A DNA stretch of 64,000 bases. It comes from Tubulanus polymorphus (taxonomy: Eukaryota; Animalia; Nemertea). Made by a program: the position numbers and the translations under genes. The notes under the pieces were generated by a model. The model worked only from the letters and a program-made list of their open reading frames with translations. It did no database searches and had not been told where the DNA came from. The stretch covers positions 6,944,001-7,008,000 of the forward strand of contig NC_134031.1 in assembly GCF_964204645.1 (NCBI RefSeq), written 5' to 3'. Numbering within the stretch: the stretch's first letter is position 1; each line of letters starts with the position of its first letter. Below are positions 39,601 through 49,900 of the stretch, one piece after another.

Positions 39601-42600
39601 GCACGCGAAATTCGCGAGGTGAAACGCGTCCACGGCGTCGGGATGATTCCGTAAATACGTGACGACGAATCGCCGATGGCACCAGATCGCCTCGTGGTCG
39701 GGAAACCGTCGCACGAGCTCCGTGCTCATCGCCAGTTCGTCGACTAAGATGCGCTTCATCTCGTCATCGTCGCCGAGCTGATCGTCGTTGCACAACAGGT
39801 TGATCAGAAACTGGCGGAAATGGAAGCCGCTGTGGTCAGAGATGTGCGCGCGCACCCATTCCTTCGTCGTTTCGAGTTCGTCGAGCAGAACGTCGACGTC
39901 GTTGCCCGTTAAGTGTTGTATCGTCCAGATTCGATGACTCCACGCGTTGTAGTTGCTGGCGTATTTATCGGCGGCTGTCGAACAGATTTCGAATTCGGCG
40001 AGCACGTGCGATTTAACGACGTCCGGGGTCGCGATCCGGGACCGCTGCTGTTGCTGCTGCGAGGAGTCCACGACGCCAATTTCGATCGATATCGACTCCA
40101 ATTTCACCTCGGTCGATAAACGCGCGAAATAATCTTTCACCGCTGCGTCCGTCGACATCCACCGCTCGAGCAGCCATTTACGATGGCCGAACGTTTCCGA
40201 ACTCTTCGGATGTTTGCCGAGTATCAACGCGCACAGTTTCAATTCGACGTCAACCGTCGCGAAATCGCGATCGATCTGCTCCTTGCGAATGTTCCACACG
40301 GTCGCCACGTCCGGGTTGATCAGTAAAACCGCGCGCGACAAGCTGTTGATCTCGTCCGGTTCGACGTCGCGCGACCGCGCGTCTTTACGACGCCACGACA
40401 TCAGCTTGTCGTACGCGTACGCGTAGAGAATTTTCACGCACCACATTTCGAGGCCGATTTTGCGTTCGATCTTCACCAGCGGACTGCAGTTCTGCACCGG
40501 CTCGAGGACGGGGACGTAGTCGTACTCGTCTATGTCGGGGTCCTGGCGAAACGCTGCGTCCAGGTCGGCGAGAATTCGAGAACCACGCGAATCGACCATG
40601 ATCTAGGCTATTTCTCTCTCGGTCTCTCTTAAAACCCGTCCTGGAAATAGAGCATCATTCAACCATTAAAGCTTTATATCATAAACAATAGAAATCTTTT
40701 CTGAAGATATCGATACACATAAAATAAAATCAGTTCAGATGAAGCATTACGTAATAGCATTAGAAGCAGCTTTTAAGACACTATTTTTGTTTATGAAATA
40801 AAGTTTGTCTTTAATGGTTGGATGCCCCGTCCAGGGTCCAAAGGGGACTGATTGTGAAACTTGTACAAAATTCATCAAATTTCTTGAACTTTTCAACACA
40901 GAAAATTACATTGGTGCATTTCAGTGCAGTAGTGCCCCTAATATTGCCTTTTTGGACATCAAAGCGTTTCCAAATCAAAGTCCATCCAAATTTGCCACTG
41001 GATCCGTTCCTGCCTCAACATTGAAAATTGTGCAACGGTCAATGATAATCCTGTCAAATTTGTGACGCAAACACATTTCAAACAACAACAAATTCCTGTC
41101 GACCATACTCCTACCTGATGTAGGTCTTATAGGATGACTGGCAGTTGACCTAATACATCGTTTTAAAATCCAATCTACACTGTATTCAAGGATCGCAAAA
41201 TGGTCTTCATTGAAAGGGGTTGAATAAGAAAAAGTGACTGCATGATTTAAACTGACTGAGCTACACTACCTGATGTGCTCTCAAATCAAGTTGAAATAGA
41301 CGTTAGACAGTTGCACTGTGGCATGTGTGACTGTCAGATTTACGAGTACCTTCGAAAAAATTGGCAATATTTGTGACTATCTTTATGTAATCTATGTTTT
41401 TGTAGGCCTATCTGTGATATATACTAGTATTTGAAATACTGTCTATAGCATGATTTAACAGATGTTCGCCGAGCTGGCTATGAGAACTACTATACTTGTA
41501 CTTGATCCGGTTCTGTCACCAGTGCCACTACGAGTATACTCATGTCTGATTCTTTCGATTCTCTCATAGATTCTCTGGCACACGGGAATGATACACTGTC
41601 TGAGTGGCTATTTTCCACCCATTATTTACAAGGAAGTGGTTACTTTGCCAATGCGGCATTATTTTAATAAATGCTATTTTGCCAATGGCTATATAGGCCT
41701 ATAATAAGATATACTAATAAAATATAACAATAAAATCATTATATTGGGTTAAGGATTAGGGTTTCGATAGGGTTAGGGTCTAGAGGGTCCAGAGGGTTAG
41801 GAATAGAGGGGATAGGGATAGGGTAAGGGCAAGGTGAGGCTGTAAGTAGTGAAAACTTACAGCTGGATGGCATGAACCTCGCTGATCAAGTGGGAAGACG
41901 TTGCGCTAGCAATCTGCTGGTCCGGGATCGAATCCCGCTCTATGCTCCCATTTGCTCTTACTCTGTTCTCCACACTTTCCTTGAATTTTCTAAGGCACGC
42001 ACCACAGTGCACATGCGCAGCGTCAATTAGCAAATCAGAACGAGCCATTGGCATAATAGCGTAAACAGGAATAATACTGCATTGGCAAAATATCACCTGC
42101 CTATTTGCAAAATATCCTTTTCTTGGATTGTGTGGACTAAATGAAACCGAATATCCGTTAGTCGAAACTATAGTCCGGAAATAGTCGACCACGGGATTCG
42201 ATTAAGCACGGTCGCTACAGTTCGGACCTAGGTTCAAGATGGCCGACAATGTGAAATACGTTACAACTGAACTAGTGTGTGTTAGGTTATTAGTTCCGAC
42301 CACTAGTCGACTAGCTACGAAAACCGAAGTTGGTCCTGGCTTCTTCCGGCATCCGACCTTACTACACATACAACAATTTTTACAATGTAAACATCATCTT
42401 ATACAGTTCACACAACTCTAGCAAGGCTCGATGATTATGAATACTAGGTACAATAAATTGTGCAGCTGCAGATGTGGACTTTTTCCCAGATCCGACTTTA
42501 TCTCTATTCAGTACGAGTCCGACCGAACGAAGAAGTTTAAAAGACGTTCGCCCAGACTAGTTTTAGAGGCGATTTTCTACCGGTCGGACGAAGATTCACC

Positions 42601-42763
42601 GAATATCTACATATAAACACAAAATAATTTTCGGATTCATAAATATTGATTTACTTACTAGTTGTGAATCCGCAGTCAGATACAAGCTAGCTTTTACGGG
42701 TTTCGATATATTGGTGGTTAAACGCGTAAATTTCGTGCAAATTTCTCGAACGATCGACGCCAT
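33669..42763 (-). CDS. MRPS18B: Mitochondrial small-subunit ribosomal protein S18b (mS40), ~211 aa, 6 exons
   Basis: Exons 42763-42659, 36137-35999, 35197-35100, 34797-34729, 34633-34567, 33826-33669 (636 nt, phase consistent). The N-terminus is a basic transit-like peptide (MASIVREICTKFTRLTT...). The core is [73 protein letters not shown] on - at 33648-33643. Not in the ORF track because the exons are short. Confidence 0.93.
37592..37922. mobile_element. MITE-like element with tRNA-like long terminal inverted repeats
   Basis: ATCCTCCCTCGGCAGGGATTCGAACC...GGTTGGAATCCCTGCCAGGGGAGGAT. Family copies at ~3152-3225, ~4075-4333, ~14150-14433, ~27596-27909, ~31975-32417 and ~48229-48368. Confidence 0.75.
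38430..38606. mobile_element. PIF/Harbinger-type MITE
   Basis: TIR GGGATCATTCATTTATT(A/G)CGTACGCA with TAA/TTA flanks. Copies at ~46022-46131, ~48555-48705, ~49597-49765, ~50777-51116 and ~51130-51262. Confidence 0.7.
38999..39162. mobile_element. Tc1/mariner-type MITE (TA-CAGTCAA...TTGACTG-TA)
   Basis: TIR CAGTCAAACCCC(C)GATATAC with TA flanks. A second copy at ~50853-51027 is nested in a Harbinger-type MITE. Confidence 0.7.
39388..40599 (-). CDS. PTAR1: Protein prenyltransferase alpha subunit repeat-containing protein 1 (GGTase-III alpha); single coding exon nested in MRPS18B intron 1
   Basis: Uninterrupted 403-aa ORF with a PTAR1-like N-terminus (AFRQDPDIDE..SPLVKIERKIGLEMWCVK). PFTA repeats: LLINPDVATVWNIRK, KHPKSSETFGHRKWLL, YASNYNAWSHRIW, HISDHSGFHFRQFL, FPDHEAIWCHRR. 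A splice acceptor CTCTATTTCCAG lies 41 nt upstream of the ATG (exon start 40640). Confidence 0.93.
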   Translation of the reverse strand: MVDSRGSRILADLDAAFRQDPDIDEYDYVPVLEPVQNCSPLVKIERKIGLEMWCVKILYAYAYDKLMSWRRKDARSRDVEPDEINSLSRAVLLINPDVATVWNIRKEQIDRDFATVDVELKLCALILGKHPKSSETFGHRKWLLERWMSTDAAVKDYFARLSTEVKLESISIEIGVVDSSQQQQQRSRIATPDVVKSHVLAEFEICSTAADKYASNYNAWSHRIWTIQHLTGNDVDVLLDELETTKEWVRAHISDHSGFHFRQFLINLLCNDDQLGDDDEMKRILVDELAMSTELVRRFPDHEAIWCHRRFVVTYLRNHPDAVDAFHLANFACENKAFVDTETILAGGGGGGGCSKKSKVERSALDLFNDELEFCKQFEKSKQSTVKRLQKKYKDWLQRTMNE

Positions 42764-43799
42764 TTTTCTCCAATCACCTGCTAGGGCAGGAATTTCTCTT
42801 TGATTGGTTTCGAATCCCTTTAATTTTTTTCTGACACTGTGAAAGTACTGAAAAAAATACTGAATGAAAATACAACACGAGTTACGAATCGATGAGTGAA
42901 TGCCGTGCTTTCACCGGAAAAGCTGACACAGTAAATGTGTTAAAATCAGTTCCATAAACCTGTAGTCAGTAACCTGTCTGTGGTTTCACAGTCATATTTT
43001 CAAAAGCCCATCCGATTATAAAAAGCTTGGCGCGACTAATAGGCCACGGTAACTAACTAATATACCTGGGCCCAGAAATCGGAAATATTAATGGGTAGGG
43101 CCTGAGTGCGGAATTCCGGCTACGGCACTGGATCCATACTTTCCCTGATCCAACTTACTCACTGTAAAATTCTTTAAAGTTTTATAAAGTTTAGCGAAGT
43201 TTTGTGAGTTTATTAGAACTTGCAGGCAATCCGTCCAATGGCACAGTCAGAGTAAAACAAACAATTTTACAAATTTCTACCAGTAATAACACAAGGAATT
43301 TATTTTTTAAAAAATAAATTTTCTTTTATTTAGAAAAAAAGCATATACGTTAATCCGCTACATAATCCTAAAATTAGATTGGCATAAAAGTTTCCAAGTC
43401 CAGGCCGGCGGCCGGGAAACTCACTGTCCTGTTTAGTTTCACGATCGGATATTTTCACAAGCCCATCCGATTATAAAAAGCTCAACGAAACTATCCCCAA
43501 AACTGTGCCCTTAAAAATCAGTGACTGTGTGGTCTCAAACAGTGGATCTCCACCCCAATCGGGAAGCATACCTATACACGGGAACTGACATTATTATACG
43601 GCCCCTAGCCTTGAGAATAATGACGTCATCGGGTGGCGTGCCGGTATGCGGTAATTTATGCGAGAAGGTAGATAGTGCGGAAGGCGAGGCGAATTTTACT
43701 CCTCGGCTAAATCACTTAAAACAGCCCCTCGACGCTTTCGTATCCGCCTGAAATTTGTGTCAACGAATACAAAATCGGATACTGATTTATTTATTGCAG
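42764..43799. promoter_or_regulatory. Bidirectional promoter MRPS18B(/PTAR1)-PPP1R10 with a perfect CRE palindrome
   Basis: MRPS18B ATG (-) at 42763. Probable + strand 5'UTR exon at 43800-44045 (donor GGC|GTAAGT). TGACGTCA at 43621-43628, and the 43600-44160 stretch is CpG-rich. Confidence 0.6.
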
Positions 43800-46700
43800 A
43801 TATCGAGCGTTACGGCGACGCGGAATCGCTGGAATTTCAGCTGAGAAATTGTTCAACTCGGGAAAATTGAGAGAAACGTAGATTACTCGCGCACGACGCC
43901 ATATTGTCTTCATCCCCGCCGCGGCGACCAACCTACGAGCGGGTCATCGACGTTGACGACGGATTTTTAGAAATTTAGCCCCTTGTTTTTCTAATAATCC
44001 CCACAGATTTATAAATAGGAAGGCATAAACTCTGTTTTGATGGGCGTAAGTGTCTTATTTAGTCGTGTACATTCGTTTTAAATTGATATATTGGATACAT
44101 TTTTGTTGCAGCGTGTCGGGCGAGTTCAATTGGTCGTAGAGGGGTGGCCTTCGGCGAGGCTATAATGAATTCTGTGTTTTCTATTAGTTTTATCTCTGTA
44201 TTTTTGTCGTCGATTCTTTGAATAATGTTTTCATTTTATTCCATGGATTAGTTTCAAATATACATTCTTATAAATATGTAGTTATTTGTAATGTATATCC
44301 TCAATATTTCACAATTAGTGCTTTCGTTCACAATTAGTGCCATTTGGTTTTTGCTCCCCACCTGTCATAAGTGGTGGTTTTAAGGTTGATAAAATTGTGT
44401 AGGTACTCTAAAAATTGTCTTGTTAATTTTTTTCGCCCCATAATCTATGCTATTGGCATCATGCCATTTTGAACGTGCTGTAGAATATTTCTATTAGTGC
44501 CACGTAGTGAGACAAGAATATGCTGCCATCTATTGGAGTTTTAATGTACCACTAGGCATTGCTCTGGGGGTCATCTCAGGAGTTCAAAACAATTGTTAAG
44601 CCGGAGACCCCTCTAAACAGCAAACTTAATGGTAAAGTGCCTACGATTTTCAGAGCAATACCAAAAAGTCATCAATCTGTGAACTTAACCAATTGAATTT
44701 TTGATAATGTGGCGCAAATTATTGTATTGAAAAATTAATGGGCAATGAAATAGAATTTTAAGAAATATGATAAACTTATACTTGACTTGACCTTAGGACA
44801 GCTAAGTGTTGTCTAACACTTTCAATTTTCAAATTTATCTAGTGACTGTTGACCGACCCCTACCTATTTTACGATGCCCCTTGTACATGGTTCATGTTGC
44901 CAGCGTTCAAACAACTAATATTACTAGAATAATTGCCAATATGTGAAACTACTCAAAATCTTCCCATTTCTCAGTATTTTTTCGATCAAATTCATCCACA
45001 ATTTAATAACTCTCAGTTGTCCTTGCACTAAATTGGATTACAAAATTCTACTTGAGCCATTGGTGACAGTTTGTATGTTTGTACACTACATGTCACCAAA
45101 ATCTTCCATTGTGTTCATGGTTTGCGTGGTTCCCACTTGACATTTGAGTACATTAGTCATGACATTTATTTAGCAGTCAAGGATATAATAGTGCATGCAT
45201 AATGCCGACTAGAATTAGATAGCTGGTAGATGAGAAATTATGAGTATAAGGTTTACAGTAAGCAAATTCATACAGTGTAACTCGTTAAATTTGGATTGGA
45301 TTTAATAATATTAAGATTTCGGACTAAAATTCAAGTCCCCTCTATATTTTTTCAGTTCAAATGAGAGCTCATAATTCAGATTTCGTTAAAGTTTGATTTA
45401 GCGAGTTCACTATCGTGTGTTTGGTGAGCCAAAAATTCTTGAATTTTTGTTCGAACCAATCGCTGAGACTAGGATATATCCATCAATAGTTGGTTTCTTT
45501 GACATATAATTGACTTCATTGACATGTTCTTTATTCATCGAAGTATTTATATTAGGCATTACTTGTCTGACATTCGTGAAATACAAAATCGAAATTTTAT
45601 ACTGATTAATATGACCTAGATGATTGAATTCAGATTTAGATCAGTTGATCAGGGTTAAAAGAACTGTACATTCATATTCATGTGCCTTACATTTGCTACT
45701 TTCGTTCAGATAACACTAAAAATTAATGCGCTTTCTAGCCTTGTATTTCCTTGTGGTAGGGTCTGATGGTTCGTGATGAAAATTCAGCTGAATACATATG
45801 CGATAGTCTAATTCATTTGTACGGCGGTCAGTTGCAATAGTCTGGGCAATTTCAGACATTGTGACTCGGGTGTATTTAAGAATTATAGTCCATTTCTTGA
45901 TACATGTAGTACTGTAAATCCAGCTTAATGATCATCAAATGAGGGTATTAGTTACGTTGGAACCTCATCAAACTTACACACCTAAAATTTCGTGCATAAT
46001 CCGACAATGTTGATATTATCCTAGGGTCATCCGTTTATTATGTAAACATTAGGGGAGGAGTGATGGTAGATTTCGGTACAGAGGGGGGGTTAAGAAATTC
46101 AAGCTTCATGCGTACGTAATAAATGATCCCCAAATGGATAAAACTAACTATTGGTTATCACAAACAGATTTGCTGGTCCTCTGAAATTTGTTGTTTCATT
46201 GTGTAGGCATTGATGTTCAAGATTTCTTTTAAATCAGTAATCAATTTCATCCCAAATGATCCGGTTTAAGTAATTGCCTTGTAGTTGAACTGGTGCTTCA
46301 GATCTAGGCCTACGAGGAGGACACGGAAATATTTCAAACATCAGAATTAGTTGGTCGTATCAGATATGAGCTGACGTATTTGAGAACTCGCTCGATATGG
46401 ATTTTTCAATCCAGATTTCACTCAACGTAATTATGTTGAAATATTTGGTCCATTTTAACCTGGAACCATAGATACTAATTCATAATTCGGGTTTTAGGCT
46501 AAAAAAAATTGATACCTTGTTTCTCCACTCTGCTGAGCTTAAATGTTGACCCGGCCGGCCGCCTATCTACCCTATACATTACTTTTTTAAAAAATCGTGA
46601 TCAATTTTACCATAACAGACCCGGCCGCTATAGAAATGAACTGTTAATAAATTTTATCATAGTTTACAAAACCTGGCCGCTGCGGAGAAACAAGGTATAA

Positions 46701-46986
46701 TTTTTGTTTAGCCTTATTTATGTAATTTAAAGAAAATCTAGGCAAAAGTTCTCATCCAAGTTCTACTAAACTGTTATAAGGAAATTGCTTTTCTCAGTCT
46801 TAAGCGAATTATGATACATCTGTCTTTAATTTAATGCTGTATATATAAATGAGGCACATTTTTTTTCTCGTGAACTCAAAAAGTTCTTTTTTCGAATCTA
46901 TTTTCAGGTATTGGTTTAGTTATTGAACCCCCGTCAAGCGGAGCATCTCCCTAAATATACAGACAGTTCTTAAAACTAGCAAAACT

Positions 46987-49900
46987 ATGGTAATTAATTT
47001 TATAAACGGTTCAAAAGTAATTTAGTAAACGTACAGAAAAAAAGAAATCAGTAAACCGGTTCATCAAATAAATATATAGCGAACCAATACACAATATTCA
47101 CTTGCCACGGTTTCTTTTTGTATGACCTCTCTCAGGTTTCTTCCAACCTGTCACGGGTGTCACGTCAGTCAGCAAGTCTCTTTTTTTTTGAAAGAAGTGT
47201 GGTTTAAAAATGAAATAATTTCAACCAAAAAAAAAAAAACCTAATTAAATGAATAATCGTGCACTCATTATAAACAGGCAATAAAGTCACTGTTTAATTC
47301 TATGTGTTATATTGATATAAACATGCGTTTTGATTGTGTTATGCTTTATTGCCTGGTATTTCCTGCTGTTAAATGTGCACGAACATATAAACAGGAAAGA
47401 AAGTTGGCTTCGAATAATTCTCATTTCTATAAATACGGCTGCCCTTTCTTACCTGGTACTCTGTATTTTAAAAAAAAGTATTTGATTATTGCGTGCGTGT
47501 GTGAATGAATGGAACAGATAGTGAATACGTGTGTTTTCCTTGCCCTCTCCCAGATGTGCGGTGGAATTCAGGATTTAAGCCAAGACAAAATCAGTCATTC
47601 AGACCAGATCAAGGAAGCGTTTCTTCTGGGAATAGAGGTTTTGCATGTGTCAAGAAGTTTGCCAACCAGTGCTGCAGACTTGTCATCACTAATGTGGGTT
47701 TGGCATGTGAATATCTTATTGTATTTGCCGACCATAATCGTGTAGTCGTGATGAAAAAGCACATGGCTGCAAGACCTCTTCACATTCAAGAAATCGCTAA
47801 GAATTTGGTGCTATTAATTCACACACAAATCGATGTGGTATATGGGAGCGTTTGAAAAGTATGTACCTCTAAGGGGATTATGTTTGATTACACTGTATAA
47901 CAGGCAAAAGGGAGTAGCAGAAACTAATTATGTGCCTACACACGCGAGCATATTGATCAATCTGTATAGTACTTAATGAATGAACACCAGAACCAAACTA
48001 ATAGAAATAGCCTGTGTTACACCTATTCCATAAATGGCGAATTGATGTGATAACACGGAATCTTTTGCTTTATTGGGATCATTGTTCCATACCACTGGTG
48101 TAAACTTCTGCATCCTTGTAATTATCTGTATAACTACCTATGCAGTACATATTTTTTGTTTGCAGTACCAAGATTTCATCACTTTCTGGGTGGAAGGGCT
48201 GTGGTATTTGCATTGTCCAAGAGAGTATCCCCTCCTGGTAGGGATTCGAATCTGATTGCATCAGGACTCGCCATGGTATGAATCCTGCCCACCCGCTCTA
48301 GTGAAGCAGGATTTCGTGCTGTGGCTAAGTCTAGCTATACCATCAGGAATCCCTACCGGGGGAGGATTCAAGGAGGGAAAATTGCGAGTGTTTTAAGTAC
48401 CTGGAACATACTTTTTGAACGCGCCCTAATACATGCCTCCTGTACAAAATCTCACAACATTCAAGCGTTTTGGTAAAAATCATTCTACATTCTAAGGGTG
48501 GATCCAGGAGTTATAATAACCTATTTAATTAAGTCCTATCAGGGTAAGCTCATTAGGGGTCATTCATTTATAACGTACGCATTAGGGGAGGGGAGGGGTA
48601 AGTGCAATTGCGTACTGTAATGCTTAATGTATATGAAAAAATGGCCAATTAAGCGAGCAGGTTGGGAGGGGGGTTGAAAAAGTCAAATTTCATGAATGAT
48701 CCCTTATGAAATAAGTACAGTAGACTCTGCCTTACATGATAGCTTATGAACTTAATATCACTCCATGTAAACAGACATGTACTTATCAAGCTGAGCTTCG
48801 CAAATACATGTTACAGTAATGTAGAACTCACTTAATTCGGATGACTAGGGACACTGTGCCCAGATTGATTCAAATTATGTAAAAATATGAATAATAGTTC
48901 ACATGGTTCCAGGTTAAATGGACCAAATAGTTCATCGAAATTAAATTGAAAAATCTGAATTAAGTAAGTTTGACTAGTAGTATTTTTCAATTTTATCAGT
49001 TAACTAATTAGACCAGTACCAAGTAATGAACAGTCTACTTTAGTTTTGTAGGAGGGCATTTCGAAGGGATTTCTTAGAAGTTGAATACTGGTATGCAGAA
49101 AATAAGCAAAAAAGCAGGGTATTTCTATTGGAAATTTTGGAGGATGCTTGTCACAAATCTTACTGATTGGTACCAAGTCTTCCTGGATCTGCCCTGGCAT
49201 TGCACTAAACCTGTGAAGTACGAATGATTACAAACCAAATGAATTCCATCCATCATTATTGATTATTAATATAGTAAATAATCAGGATTTGATGGCGGGT
49301 CATTGAGTATGCTTACTGACATTTAATCATCCTGAAAATAAACAGTAAATTTCAGCTGGAAAATAATTATTACCTCGACATGTGTGTGATGTTTAAATGA
49401 GCATGTTCTTGCTGCAAAGTATCCCAAATATGACTGCTGGGTCCACCAGTTCCACGGTTGTAAACTTCGAAGTCAAAATTACAGTTCATCTGGATTGGTA
49501 CCCTAATATAATCCAGGATTTGATTTAACACTGACATTATTTACAGTCCACCCATATTTGTAAATTATCAGCTTTAAACTGTAACTTGATTAGATTTGGG
49601 ATCATTCATTTATTACGTACGCATGAAATTTGAAATTTTCAACCCCCCTCCCCCTCTGTACGCAAAATCGGCCATTTTTTCATATACATTAAGCATTACA
49701 GTACGCAATTGCACTGACCCCTCCCCCCTCTCCTAATGCATACGTAATAAATGAATGATCCCTTTAGTCAGTCGAAATCACAACTGTGCACTGTTATTTA
49801 AACAACAACAAAACTTCTAGAAACATCACAATGTAATTGGTAAGTATTGAATTCACAGTGTGTGAACTGATACATGCTGATGACATCGCCCGGCGCTGAG

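Noticed and set aside
39315-40426. Several plus-strand ORFs
   Set aside because: Antisense shadows of the PTAR1 coding sequence.
41100-41130. Donor CAG|GTAGGA (-) as a private PTAR1 first exon
   Set aside because: It lies at the edge of a foldback-MITE fragment with no promoter-like context. Not formally excluded without RNA data.
40599-42763. In-frame MRPS18B-transit-peptide/PTAR1 fusion (mitochondrial PTAR1)
   Set aside because: The joined frame stops four codons into the PTAR1 exon (GAC GGG TTT TAA), and the PTAR1 ATG is in another frame.
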